NCBI GenBank assembly: GCA_038087875.1
Contig: CM075992.1
Location: forward strand, 436,001-500,000
Length of the DNA: 64,000 nucleotides
Direction of reading: 5' to 3'
DNA from: Malacoraja senta
Taxonomy: Eukaryota
Both the position numbers and the translations under genes were made by a program. This document shows, piece by piece, positions 48,801 to 59,500 of this stretch. Below the pieces are notes generated by a model. The model was not told the origin of the DNA. It was given only the letters and a program-made list of their open reading frames with translations, and searched no databases. The stretch's first letter is position 1. Each line of letters begins with the position of its first letter.

Positions 48801-50907
48801 AGAGACCAGCAGAGGAGGACAAAGGGCTTAATTAGGAAAGGGAAAATAGATTATGAAAGAAAACTGGCAGGGAACATAAAAACTGACTGCAAAAGTTTTT
48901 ATAGATATGTGAAGAGAAAGAGATTAGTTAAAACAAATGTAGGTCCCTTGCAGTCAGAAACAGGTGAATTGATCATGGGGAACAACGATATGGCGGACCA
49001 ATTGAATAACTACTTTGGTTCCGTCTTCACTAAGGAAGACATAAATAATCTGCCGGAAATAGCAGGGGACCGCGGGTCAAAGGAGATGGAGGAACTGAGT
49101 GAAATCCAGGTTAGTCGGGAAGTGGTGTTGGGTAAATTGAATGGATTAAAGGCCGATAAATCACCAGGGCCAGATAGGCTGCATCCCAGAGTACTTAAGG
49201 AAGTAGCTCCAGAAATAGTGGATGCATTAGTGATAATTTTTCAAAATTCTTTAGATTCTGGAGTAGTTCCTGAGGATTGGAGGGTAGCAAACGTAACCCC
49301 ACTTTTTAAGAAGGGAGGGAGAGAGAAAACGGGGAATTACAGACCAGTTAGTCTAACATCGGTAGTGGGGAAACTGCTAGAGTCAGTTATTAAAGATGGG
49401 ATAGCAGCACATTTGGAAAGTGGTGAAATCATTGGACAAAGTCAGCATGGATTTACGAAAGGTAAATCATGTCTGACGAATCTTATAGAATTTTTCGAGG
49501 ATGTAACTAGTAGAGTGGATAGGGGAGAACCAGTGGATGTGTTGTATCTGGACTTTCAGAAGGCTTTCGACAAGGTCCCACATAAGAGATTAATATACAA
49601 ACTTAAAGCACACGGTATTGGGGGTTCAGTATTGATGTGGATAGAGAACTGGCTGGCAAACAGGAAGCAAAGAGTAGGAGTAAACAGGTCCTTTTCACAA
49701 TGGCAGGCAGTGACTAGTGGGGTACCGCAAGGCTCAGTGCTGGGACCCCAGCTATTTACAATTTATATTAATGAACTGGATGAGGGAATTGAAGGCAACA
49801 TCTCCAAGTTTGCGGATGACACTAAACTGGGGGGCAGTGTTAGCTGTGAGGAGGATGCTAGGAGACTGCAAGGTGACTTGGATAGGCTGGGTGAGTGGGC
49901 AAATGTTTGGCAGATGCAGTATAATGTGGATAAATGTGAGGTTATCCACTTTGGTGGCAAAAACAGGAAAGCAGACTATTATCTAAATGGTGGCCGATTA
50001 GGAAAAGGGGAGATGCAGCGAGACCTGGATGTCATGGTACACCAGTCATTGAAAGATGCAGGTGCAGCAGGCAGTGAAGAAAGCAAATGGTATGTTAGCT
50101 TTCATAGCAAAAGGATTTGAGTACAGGAGCAGGGAGGTTCTACTGCAGTTGTACAGGGTCTTGGTGAGACCACACCTGGAGTATTGCGTACAGTTTTGGT
50201 CTCCAAATCTGAGGAAGGACATTATAGCCATAGGGGGAGTGCAGAGAAGGTTCACCAGACTGATTCCTGGGATGTCAGGACTTTCATATGAAGAAAGACT
50301 GGATAGACTCGGCTTATACTCGCTAGAATTTAGGAGATTGAGAGGGGATCTTATAGAAACGTACAAAATTCTTATGGGGTTGGACAGGCTAGATGCAGGA
50401 AGATTGTTCCCGATGTTGGGGAAGTCCAGGACAAGGGGTCACAGCTTAACGATAAGGGGAAAATCCTTTAAGACCGAGATGAGAAAAAACTTTTTCACAC
50501 AGAGAGTGGTGAATCTCTGGAACTCTCTGCCACAGAGGGTAGTTGAGGCCAGTTCATTGGCTATATTTAAGAGGGAGTTAGATGTGGCCCTTGTGGCTAA
50601 AGGGATCAGGGGGTATGGAGAGAAGGCAGGTACGGGATACTGAGTTGGATGATCAGCCATAATCATATTGAATGGCGGTGCAGGCTCGAAGGGCCGAATG
50701 GCCTACTCCTGCACCTATTTTCTATGTATCTATGTAATTCTTGATCCTTCACTTGCGGCTGAGGCATGTCTATTTTTATCTGGTCAATAACAGAACAACA
50801 TTTATCCATTTTTTGTCTCCACTCTAGGTTCTACTCACATCCTCACTCCAGAAAAATTCCTGGACAGCCTGAAGAATTTAGACAATCCCTTGGAGGCACA
50901 AAGCTGA
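15831..50907 (+). CDS. STXBP2: Syntaxin-binding protein 2 (Munc18-2, Sec1/Munc18 family), 19 coding exons, 591 aa
   Basis: Exon lengths 37,50,82,77,79,104,149,85,131,108,58,66,81,139,107,99,86,158,80 sum to 1776 nt in one open frame. N-terminus [15 protein letters not shown] and motifs [11 protein letters not shown] and SARFGHWHK are STXBP2-type. Lies next to PET100 as in human. Confidence 0.97.
16447..16755 (-). mobile_element. tRNA-derived SINE (HE1/V-SINE-like), near full length
   Basis: Reverse complement of the SINE consensus seen at 9357 and 45363. Confidence 0.85.
17468..17656. mobile_element. Fold-back PLE-derived element inserted in a Rex1/Babar LINE 3' fragment (17415-17785), 15-bp TSD
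   Basis: Inverted arms; direct repeat CAACCTGAGGAGTAC at 17453-17467 and 17657-17671. Confidence 0.8.
18656..18728. repeat. 40-bp-period tandem duplication
   Basis: ATTGCACTGAGAGCCATTTTGTGGAACCCTTGG occurs twice. Confidence 0.9.
19345..19668 (+). mobile_element. CR1 LINE 3' fragment
   Basis: [19 protein letters not shown] plus conserved 3' UTR and tail. Confidence 0.9.
22817..23750 (+). mobile_element. CpG-rich, apparently young non-autonomous interspersed element nested in a PLE-derived element
   Basis: High CpG content, 3' AATAAA plus (ATCTTGA)n tail; interrupts the PLE-type arms at 22760-22816 and 23751-23790. Confidence 0.6.
24391..24440 (+). CDS. STXBP2: STXBP2 exon 2
   Basis: (K)[16 protein letters not shown]; ag|..|gt. 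Confidence 0.95.
24828..24909 (+). CDS. STXBP2: STXBP2 exon 3
   Basis: [27 protein letters not shown]. Confidence 0.97.
26331..26407 (+). CDS. STXBP2: STXBP2 exon 4 (GC donor)
   Basis: [25 protein letters not shown]; donor AAG|GCATGT. Confidence 0.92.
27075..27320 (-). mobile_element. Decayed Penelope-like element GIY-YIG endonuclease fragment
   Basis: Minus-strand frames give [19 protein letters not shown]..., [10 protein letters not shown] and [10 protein letters not shown], resembling the PLE endonuclease pattern (FTC.S.N.IY.I.C..C...HFN...H...LEEQHLI). Confidence 0.7.
27660..27966 (-). mobile_element. tRNA-derived SINE (HE1/V-SINE-like), full length
   Basis: Reverse complement of the SINE consensus. 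Confidence 0.88.
29654..29732 (+). CDS. STXBP2: STXBP2 exon 5
   Basis: [26 protein letters not shown]. Confidence 0.97.
30535..30690 (-). mobile_element. Decayed Penelope-like element reverse transcriptase fragment
   Basis: Frameshifted [13 protein letters not shown] / [14 protein letters not shown] / TEPISTY, resembling the PLE RT motif P....FY.LPKIHK...PGRPIVS...CPT..IS.YLD. Confidence 0.75.
30810..30913 (+). CDS. STXBP2: STXBP2 exon 6
   Basis: [34 protein letters not shown]. Confidence 0.97.
31673..31821 (+). CDS. STXBP2: STXBP2 exon 7
   Basis: VYSLDS...[21 protein letters not shown]. Confidence 0.97.
32959..33043 (+). CDS. STXBP2: STXBP2 exon 8
   Basis: [28 protein letters not shown]. 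Confidence 0.97.
37461..37652 (+). mobile_element. Fold-back PLE-derived element with hammerhead core at the hairpin apex, 14-bp TSD
   Basis: Arms 37461-37523 / 37552-37614; core 37524-37551; TSD CAAGGAATTGCAGA at 37447-37460 / 37653-37666. Confidence 0.8.
38477..38607 (+). CDS. STXBP2: STXBP2 exon 9
   Basis: [43 protein letters not shown]. Confidence 0.97.
38868..39178 (-). mobile_element. tRNA-derived SINE (HE1/V-SINE-like)
   Basis: Reverse complement of the SINE consensus. Confidence 0.85.
39282..39389 (+). CDS. STXBP2: STXBP2 exon 10
   Basis: [35 protein letters not shown]. Confidence 0.97.
40160..40400 (+). mobile_element. Rex1/Babar-like LINE C-terminal fragment
   Basis: Encodes ...[15 protein letters not shown]...[18 protein letters not shown]. 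Confidence 0.7.
40449..40506 (+). CDS. STXBP2: STXBP2 exon 11
   Basis: [19 protein letters not shown]. Confidence 0.97.
41453..41518 (+). CDS. STXBP2: STXBP2 exon 12
   Basis: [22 protein letters not shown]. Confidence 0.97.
42049..42129 (+). CDS. STXBP2: STXBP2 exon 13
   Basis: [27 protein letters not shown]. Confidence 0.97.
42610..42748 (+). CDS. STXBP2: STXBP2 exon 14
   Basis: [26 protein letters not shown]...[15 protein letters not shown]. Confidence 0.97.
44161..44267 (+). CDS. STXBP2: STXBP2 exon 15
   Basis: [35 protein letters not shown]. Confidence 0.96.
44733..44831 (+). CDS. STXBP2: STXBP2 exon 16
   Basis: [33 protein letters not shown]. Confidence 0.95.
45200..45285 (+). CDS. 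STXBP2: STXBP2 exon 17
   Basis: [28 protein letters not shown](S). Confidence 0.95.
45363..45650 (+). mobile_element. tRNA-derived SINE (HE1/V-SINE-like), near full length
   Basis: TGGCGCAGCGG A-box, GGTTCAATCCT B-box, (TAAAC)n tail. Confidence 0.88.
46179..46336 (+). CDS. STXBP2: STXBP2 exon 18
   Basis: [52 protein letters not shown]. Confidence 0.97.
47420..50735 (+). mobile_element. Near-intact CR1-clade LINE (end of esterase-type ORF1, APE + RT ORF2, 3' UTR) in STXBP2 intron 18
   Basis: ORF1 tail [11 protein letters not shown]...* ends at 47532. ORF2 has APE motifs (LNARS, GITETWL, GDFN) and RT motifs ([15 protein letters not shown]), split into 47424-50120 and 50056-50643 by one frameshift. 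Ends in a TCTATGTATCTATGT tail. Confidence 0.97.
50828..50907 (+). CDS. STXBP2: STXBP2 exon 19 (terminal)
   Basis: (G)[25 protein letters not shown]. Confidence 0.96.
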
Positions 50908-51162
50908 AACAACTTGGATGTCACCATCCCTTCAAAAGCTTATAGTTTTCCGACTGTAATTAAATCCACAGACTCTAAATAATCTGTTGTATGTTTAGCT
51001 CACGAGAGATAGATGTAATTATTTATTTATCCTTCAATTGAAGTTTACAGTTTTATCCTTTTATAATTGTCACGCCTGGGTGCCATCAGTGCTAATTCGC
51101 TTGCCATTTTGTAAGCTTCCTATGAGTTCTTCCTCTTCCACACCATTTTGCTGCCTCTCCCA

Positions 51163-51168
51163 AATAAA
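51163..51168 (+). terminator. Candidate proximal STXBP2 polyadenylation signal
   Basis: AATAAA about 255 nt after the stop. Confidence 0.4.
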
Positions 51169-54100
51169 AATGTCCCCCACCACTTGGATGGTGATTCATT
51201 AAATGTTGCCCGAGCCCACTTTATATACGCTCTCACTGTTGGAATAGTTAGTCTGTATTTTCCAATAAGTGGCAGGTTACCCTTTTGCTAAGTGCGAAGG
51301 TGTTACGGTGTGTAGCTAAGTCGGGGGACTCCTGCCGTCGGTGCCTGGTCTACACGGTCTGTGGCCTTGAGCTCTGGGTGACCTGTAGCTGGTGGTGATA
51401 GCGATCTTGTGGCTTCCATCCTTCCCTGTGGTCAGCTCATCTGGCCCTTCCTTCCACCCAGTCTTCACTCTGCCCTTGTCTGTGCCTCCACATCACAACC
51501 TACACATCACAACCTCCCCTCCTGCACCCAACCACACACCTTTGTCAGTGGAACCTTTAACCAGCAGAAGGAGTTGTGGGGTGACTCACCCCAGGTAAAG
51601 TTAGAAAGGGGCGAGAATGAGTTACAACGGTTGTCATGAACCAGAATCTACAGGTGGAGGAATGAGGTGCACTGATGCTATCTGCTACTATATGAAACGC
51701 AACCAAAGCTAGCAAACAACTTGCCTTCTGGTGAGTTGGTTTACTTCTGTAACCAATCTTTTCATGTGTAATTGCAGAGAGTGCCTCGACACCAATGAAA
51801 TCCTTCTTGTAAACACATTTTTACTGCACTTTTCATTGTTTGTAAACTGAAAGCTGGGATCAAATCATAAAAGATGATATATTTGTAGTGTGTTGCATAA
51901 TCTTTACCATGCCCCTCTGCTTGCATGTGTGAACAGGCATTAAACTTGTGTGTTTCATTCTTTAGATTCAGTAGGTTCAGATAAAGTTAACCCAAATCCC
52001 TTTGATTGGACTGTGTAGAATACCAACTGTGCAGCCACCCCATTGTTGCTTTGTATAGGCATACATTATATATGTTTGACATTTATTGAAGTATATTTTT
52101 TAAACCAAATAATGAAAAATAGAATTTAGGACAAAAATATGTTTAAGGATCAGTGGGACAGATGTTGAATTTGAAAATTACAATTGCAATAAGTACATTT
52201 AATCTGAAACCAAAATATATATTGCAGATTATACATGTTTCGTATCATATTTTCCATTGCCAGTAATCTTCCTTAAATTCCTGTTGGATGATGTGCAATT
52301 GACGACACATTGCTGAATCAGGTTCCCTCTGACTAATTCGGGAGCTGCGACCTTATTGCTTGCCCTCTCTATTGTCCTGACCCTCCATGGTCAGTAGGAA
52401 AACATCTACTCAAGCTATTGAGCCCACTTGAAGGAAGGGGTCGAGGGTGATTTGCACTCTGGATTTTCCACAGGTAGAGCTCTGCTGTTTATGCCCCCCC
52501 CCCCCCGCACCCACCCTCTGCCTCCTCTGCTCCTGTGCCACGAGCACTGCCAAAACTAGAGGCTTAATGTGGAATCGTGGCCCAAACCTACATCCGATTA
52601 CAGGTTGGCATGGACCAGCGTCCCACAGGATGCACAACAGGAGATGAATTGATTTTCTAGATTATTTAACCTAGTGAAGCTCGTATACAAAGATATTTTC
52701 ACGGCATTTATTTTCATGCCTAAACACTTAATACCTCGAAGGTAAATTATTAATGAAGTTCTCTTTATTAACTGAGGGCTTTCCTCTAGGGAGTATTTTA
52801 AATGTGTTTTGTTTTTATGTTTACTGGAGAAATGTGACAAGATTATTTTCTTTACCCATCCTCTAAGTTGAATCCAGTTTTCTGAGCTGTAAGTCCAGCT
52901 ACACCTAGCGAGCACAACATTCCTTCTCTCAGTCAAGCGACCAGGTTGCAACAACGGTATTGTCACATTTCACACCAAAGGGGATGTCGTAGGTTTTTCA
53001 GCCAAGGCCTAGTTTGTCAATGTTCGCAAGAACTCCTGCCCTTCTGCAGCTCGAGGAGATTATTAGGAGACTACTAGGAGCCTCTGCTCACGGTGAGGTC
53101 CGCCAAGCTGCATGTGTTCACTTTCTGAAGCTTTATTGCACTAACTAAATGCATTGCCGACCCACTCTGCACAAGTTCTACGTAAATGGGATTTTTTAAA
53201 TGCATTGGATGTCTGTAAACTTTTTTTCCAATAATATTATGGATTTAATTTGTCCGTCTACATTGAAAATGTATTTAATGACATGTAGAAAACGTGGGTG
53301 GATTCATCTGGTTGTGGATAACCTTGCAGTCCAGTTTAAACTATTCATGGGATAGCTAGCTAGCATGCCACTTTTCAAAATGTTTGCCTTAATCCACATG
53401 TATCCTGTTTAATTACAATGTATGCCTGAATTACAGAACTCTCCCAACACTCCGCTCTTTTAATGGAATGATACTAAAAATTGTTCCGAATGCATTGCAG
53501 CTTTGAAACGGTTTAGCAATCTGCTCTCCATTGGCACATTTTGGTAATTGACCCTGCAAAAAGCACTTGTGGGAAAGACATTTGTAGTTCAAGGTGCATT
53601 GGGTTGCAGTGATATTTTCTGGTTTCTGTTGGAAGGTGATCCATCAATAGCCATAGGGCACAAGGCATTATCCAAGGTGCATTGTGCTTTGTGTTCAGCT
53701 GTATATTTACTCTTGTACATACAGCTTGGCCTTTTGAAAGATTGCAGTGAATTCATTCACTTGCCTGAAGCCCTAAGCACTTTTCAAGCTAGGTTACATT
53801 AGTGTTGTATTCCAACCATGCTTTCCTCACCTCCACCAAAGACCCAGATCAACCACTTGTCTTCACTGGAACTTCTGAATTTGGTCAGTACCTTCCTGGT
53901 TTCTTTATGCTCCTCTCAACAGTATGACTGTATATTGAGACAGAGTGCTGGAGTAACTCTGCGGGTCAGGCAGCATTTCTGGACACACAGATAGATGACA
54001 TTTCGTGTCGTGATCCTTCTTCTGTCACTTCTCCGTGTTCTCCAGAGATACTGCCTGATCTGCTGAGTTGCTCCAGCTCTTTGTGTCTTTTGTTTTTAAA

Positions 54101-55734
54101 CCAGATCTGGGTATCCTTCAGCAATTTACAGGAGCTTCCCGTTCCTTCAGAAGGTGGTTGTGAGGGGATTGTTGTGACTAAAGGGTATTCTCACACCTGC
54201 AGTCAGATCGCATGCCTTGAACTGGAAGGAGCAATTTGATTCAATGTTCTGCCCTTGGACTCCACCGGGTAATGTGCCTATAGTCAACAATCCAATGGAT
54301 TTAATTGCAGTATGTACATGATTTAACTGGATGGCAATAATCAATGTAAATATTTCTTCTTTAGTGGTAATAGCCAGAATATTTTTTGTATGTACGTGCA
54401 TTTAACAATGACAGTGCTACTCGCGTGGTGTGTGTTGTGTATAATCTGCAAAAGATATAATAAACTTATCCTTTTGTTATTTAATTGAATTCTGTTTCCG
54501 AAATGAAAACCTAGCATTTTTATACCATGACCTTGGGACAAGCTGAACAATCTTTTGAACATGGATAGGTGACATTTCAGGTAGGGATCCATCTACAGAC
54601 TCTGGTAAAGCCATCACGTGTCCATGTTCTCCATGGCTGCTGTCTGACCCAATGAGTTACTCCAACACTGTCCTTTTCTGTAAATCAGAGCCCATGGTTC
54701 CTTGTTGATTCATGTACTCCAGGTCTTCCTTCATTCATTCATTAGCCATTTCATTCTCAAATGTGAATCAAATCGAACAATTAATAAGCAACCTCCTATT
54801 CTCATCTTTATTTTTGAGGAGGTTTGTGATTGAATCAGCTGTTGATGGTTGGCCTTTGAACAGTTGTGATGGTTCAATATAGTTTAGTTTATTGTCACGT
54901 GTACCGAGGTACAGTGGAAAACATTGTTGTTGCGTGCTAACCAGTCAGCAGAAAGACAATACATGATTACAATCGAGCCACTAATTTTGTGCAATCAGAT
55001 GGCTTCTCTCTTGGTCTTTGACCGTTTTCCATTTAATTTCACTTTAATCAATGTCGTCTTTGAATTGTTCCTAGTTACATTAGTCTATCTTGGAGCTTCC
55101 ATGTACAATTCTGTTTTTAAGCCAAGTCTCTAAAGCAAGCAGTTATCTGAAATATACTTTTCGAATGCAGGGAATTGCTTGATAAAACAGTGGAGTTACA
55201 GCAAATAAAACGGTCCTTCATGCACCCTTGTCTATGTTGACCATCCAGTTGTAACCAGAAAATTAGAGTGACAGAGTTGGAGGACATGTGGGTTCCCGCA
55301 GTGAGGAGCAGAGCGAGATTTGTACATGTACTGACTTGAGATTGCCCTTGCCACTCTTTTAATTGTAATGGGGTCTTCAGATCCAATAGAAAGATGAAAC
55401 CTTGGGGTGACAACACTGGAACTCTCCAACTCGAGCAGCATCTGTGCAAGCAAAGGGTCGGATGTCATTTCTGGTTGAGCACTGCATCAGGACCAAGAGT
55501 GTGGATGGCAGATTGTCAGAAGAAAGAGATGAGGGATAGGGGTGAGACGCTGCTAGGCTAAGAGATGAGGGATAGGGGTGAGACATGCTGCTAGGCTATG
55601 AGTGGAATTGGGTGAGGAGGAGGAAGTACAGAGAGACTGGATGTGAAAAATGAAACAATCAAAAGATAGGACCCTTGTGGAGAGACTATCAATACTTCCC
55701 AATGCCTGACTGCAGACAGAACAACCAAAGGTAG

Positions 55735-55920
55735 CCACAAAAAGCTGGAGTAACTCAACAGGACAGGCAGCATCTCTGGAGAGAAGGAATGGGTGACGTT
55801 TCGGGTCGAGCCCCTTCTTCAGACTGGTTATGGATAAGGGAAACTAGAGATATAGACGATGATGTAGAGAGATAAAGAACAATGAAAGATATGCAAAAAA
55901 CTAACAATGATAAAGGAAAC
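55735..55920 (-). mobile_element. PLE pLTR-derived element with intact hammerhead core (55795-55822) and extended upstream segment
   Basis: Minus strand CTGAAGAAGGGGCTCGACCCGAAACGTC; 55830-55920 matches the reverse complement of 32295-32390. Confidence 0.75.
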
Positions 55921-56466
55921 ATGCTGACATCAAGTGAAATCTGACCATCTCTTCAATAGTTTGTATTGCACTAATGTGGACTTTTCAGGAAAGTTATTTA
56001 AACCTTGTCATTGCCGTGATCAGATCCAACGTTGGAATGGATTCATTGAGAGGATGATCTAATTATTTTTAAACAGAAATCTGTCACACACAAAAATGAT
56101 CAATAAACCAACAGTAGACAAAAAATGCTGGAGAAACTCAGCGGGTGAAGCAGCATCTATGGAGAGAAGGAATAGGCGACGTTTCGGGTCTCGACCCAAA
56201 ACATCACCTACACCTTCTCTCCATCGATGCTGCCTCACCCGCTGAGTTTCTCCAGCATTTTTGTCTACCTTCGATTTTTCCAGCATCTGCAGTTCTTTCT
56301 TACATAAACCAACGGTGGTATGGAGGGGAAGAAAACTGACTTGTGCTGATTTACTGGTAAAACAATGACCTGGTGCTATGTCACAATGTGAGCAATTGCA
56401 GACTCTTTATTCAATGTCAAAAGCTCTGGAGATGGTGCATGTGTTTTAACAAAGTGGGGAAAGAAA

Positions 56467-56524
56467 ATGAAATTAGTTTATATTTGTATACTTATTTGGA
56501 TCGTGCTTGGGTGTTATTGTCAAG
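56467..56524 (+). CDS. Protease-like gene exon 1 (signal peptide)
   Basis: MKLVYICILIWIVLGCYCQ(G); donor AAG|GTAAGT; phase 1 matches exon 2. Confidence 0.8.
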
Positions 56525-59500
56525 GTAAGTATGGATACTTGTTTCAGACATTTAGCAGTTGTAGAGCAGATTCAGGAGTACAAAAATGTTGTTCGACAAC
56601 AACTTTTGCTGTCTGTCTTTGAGGTATACTGTTGTAACCTGAAGCAAAAAATATTCCTTTGGTATCAAGTCTCTGTTTAATTGCGAGAGCTGATTCACCT
56701 GTAAACCATCTGCCCTACTTAAAGGAGGACACAATTAGAATAAAACTCGAGTATGCTTATTACTTGGTTTGCTGTAAGATTGAAAGGGATCACTTTTCAG
56801 AAAATACTTTCATAGTAATTTCCTCAGTGGAGGAGTATTCCTTGGGTTGATCTGCCTAAAATCATCCTTGTCCCGTTTCATAAGTATTAAACATCAAAGT
56901 GGAGCCTGATCCAATTCATGTTCACAGTGGTGTTTGTGTGGAGTTTGCACGTTCTTGCTGTCATTACATGGGTTCCCTCTGGGTGCTAGGTTTCCATAGA
57001 TACATAGACAATGGGTGCAGGGGTAGGCCATTCGTCCCTTCGAGCCAGCACCGCCATTCAATGTGGTCGTGGCTGATCCTACATACTAAACACATGCAAA
57101 TTTGTAGGTTAATTGGCCTCTGTAAAATTTGCTCCTAGTGTGTAGGGAGTGGGTGCGAAAGTGCGAGGATTGGCAGAAGGGCCTGTTTCCATGTTATACC
57201 TCTAAACTAAAGTAGATGGCCCTAATGTTTGTACTCCCGTCTTTCGCATCCCTTCCCATCAGCAGTTAATCCAACCACACACACACCCTAGATACCTGAA
57301 ACGTCACCCATTCCTTCTCTCCAGAGATGCTGCCTGTCCCGCTGAGTTACTCCAGCTTTTTGTGTCTACAGTTTAAGCCAGCATCTGCAATTCCTTCCTA
57401 CATCCTACGTACCCTTACTTTGAAACCACTTCACAAACTATAGAGCACTTAATGAGAATTGTCAAAATCCTATTGGTATACTGTCTTGAGATTATCCAAC
57501 GCAGATGTTCACAAGCTTACACAGTAGGTGTAAAGAGGACACTACACCCACGAGCACAGGATTGAAACCTTTGTATCTTTGCGCACTTTTACAGGATGTG
57601 GTGTACCAACAGTGAGATATAAAAACAACTTTGCCAGAGAGATACGCATTGGAGAGTTCCCCTGGCAGGTCCATCTACAACTGAAGTGGAAATACCTGTG
57701 TGGTGGGGACATACTCAGCCGGTGGTGGGTTGTGACCACAGCGCACTGCATCTTCATGTAGTAAGTATCATGTGATTTTGGAGCAGCCATAATTTGTGGA
57801 AAATATCAATATTGTTAACTCGTCAGTTTGAAGAAGGGTCCTGACCCGAAACATCACCTATCCATGTTCTCTTGAGATGCTACCTGACCCGCTGAGTTAC
57901 TCCAGCACTCTGTGAAACGTCACCTATCCATGTTCTCCACAGATGCTGCCTGACCCGCTGAGTTACTCCAGCACTCTGAAACGTCACCTATCCATGTTCT
58001 CTTGAGATGCTACCTGACCCGCTGAGTTACTCCAGCACTCTGTGAAACGTCACCTATCCATGTTCTCCACAGATGCTACCTGACCCGCTGAGTTACTCCA
58101 GCATTTAGTGCCTTTCCTTGTTAACCTATCAATTCTAACTTCGCAGACCTGCATTTATTAACTGTTTAAGAAAGAACTGCAGATGCTGGAAAAATCGAAG
58201 GTTAGACAAAAATGCTGGAGGAACTCAGCGAGTGAGGCAGCATCTATGGAGCGAAGGAATAGGTGACGTTACGAGAACCGTAACGTCACCTATTCCTTCG
58301 CTTCATAGATGCTGCCTCACCCGCCGAGATTCTCCAGCATTTTTGTCTACCTAGCATTTATTAACTGATGACCAGTCAGATGGTTGTGAATCTGTGGAAT
58401 TCATTGCCACAGAAGGCTGTGGAGGCCAAGTCAATGGATATTTTTAAGGCAGGGATAGATAGATTCTTGATTAGTACGGGTGTCAGGGTTTTTTTATGAA
58501 CCTGATCACTCTGGTGTGCCAGTACAGCCGACAGCTACCAGTGCACAAGGTGGAGCAACAGACCACCATCATGCACGCTCCTCTTCAGTCAATGTTCATA
58601 GTTTGATCAAAAGAGACTGAAGATGTGGGAATCTTGAGCAAGACACAATCCTGGAGGCCCTCAGCGGGTCAGGCAGCATCTGTGGAGGAAATAGGAAATG
58701 GACAGGCAATGTGTCTGGTCGGGACCCTTCGTCAGACTGGGTTGAAATGTCATCTGTCCACTCCCTCTGCAGATGTTGCCTGACCCACTGAGTTCCACCA
58801 GCTCTATGTGAAACATATTGATTGTGAAATTATTAAATTCATTTAATTTCACCTTTCCATTAGATATACACCATGGAAACATGCCCTTCAGCCCACCTTG
58901 TTTGTCCATGCCAATTAAGATGCCCCATCTATGCTAGTCCTACTTATCCTCATTTGACCCCTTATCCTGATCCTTTTCTATCCATGTACCATGATTTGTA
59001 GAAATTAGGAACTACAGATGCTGGTTAATAAACAAAAGGACACTGGAGTAACTCAGTGGGTCAGGCAACATTTCTGGGGAACAAGGATTGGTGACTTTTT
59101 GGGTTGAGATACTTCATCAAATTCCTATTTTTAGTTTGAAGATAGACATAAAGCTGGAGTAACTCAGTGGGTCTGACAGCATCTCTGGAGAAAAGGAATA
59201 GGCGACGTTTCGGGTCCCTTCTTCAGACTCCTATTTTTAGTTTATTCCTTTTTATTACTGCAAACACAATTAAATTACTTTTGTGCTGCTTTATTCAACA
59301 GTTCTGAAGCTCTCTTTGAAAGTCTCGTCATTGTCACTGGCACACTCAAGCTGGAAGGCTTGCGGATTATTTATGGAGTTCACAAGGTCATCTTGCACGA
59401 ATACTTTATTTTTGAACTGTTTGGGTTTAAAATCCCAGACAACGACATTGCTCTCGTCATGGTGAAGGAACCAATCGTATTCAACAAACTTGTATCGCCC

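Noticed and set aside
15831..50907. Assignment as STXBP1 or STXBP3
   Set aside because: FCESKR and SARFGHWHK motifs, the single short terminal exon and PET100 adjacency favour STXBP2
55524..55598. 37-bp tandem duplication AGAGATGAGGGATAGGGGTGAGAC..GCTGCTAGGCTA
   Set aside because: Local duplication within decayed repeat sequence; no functional signal
57848..58103. CRISPR-like regularly spaced repeats
   Set aside because: No unique spacers, no cas genes and a vertebrate context; it is a plain tandem of a TE fragment
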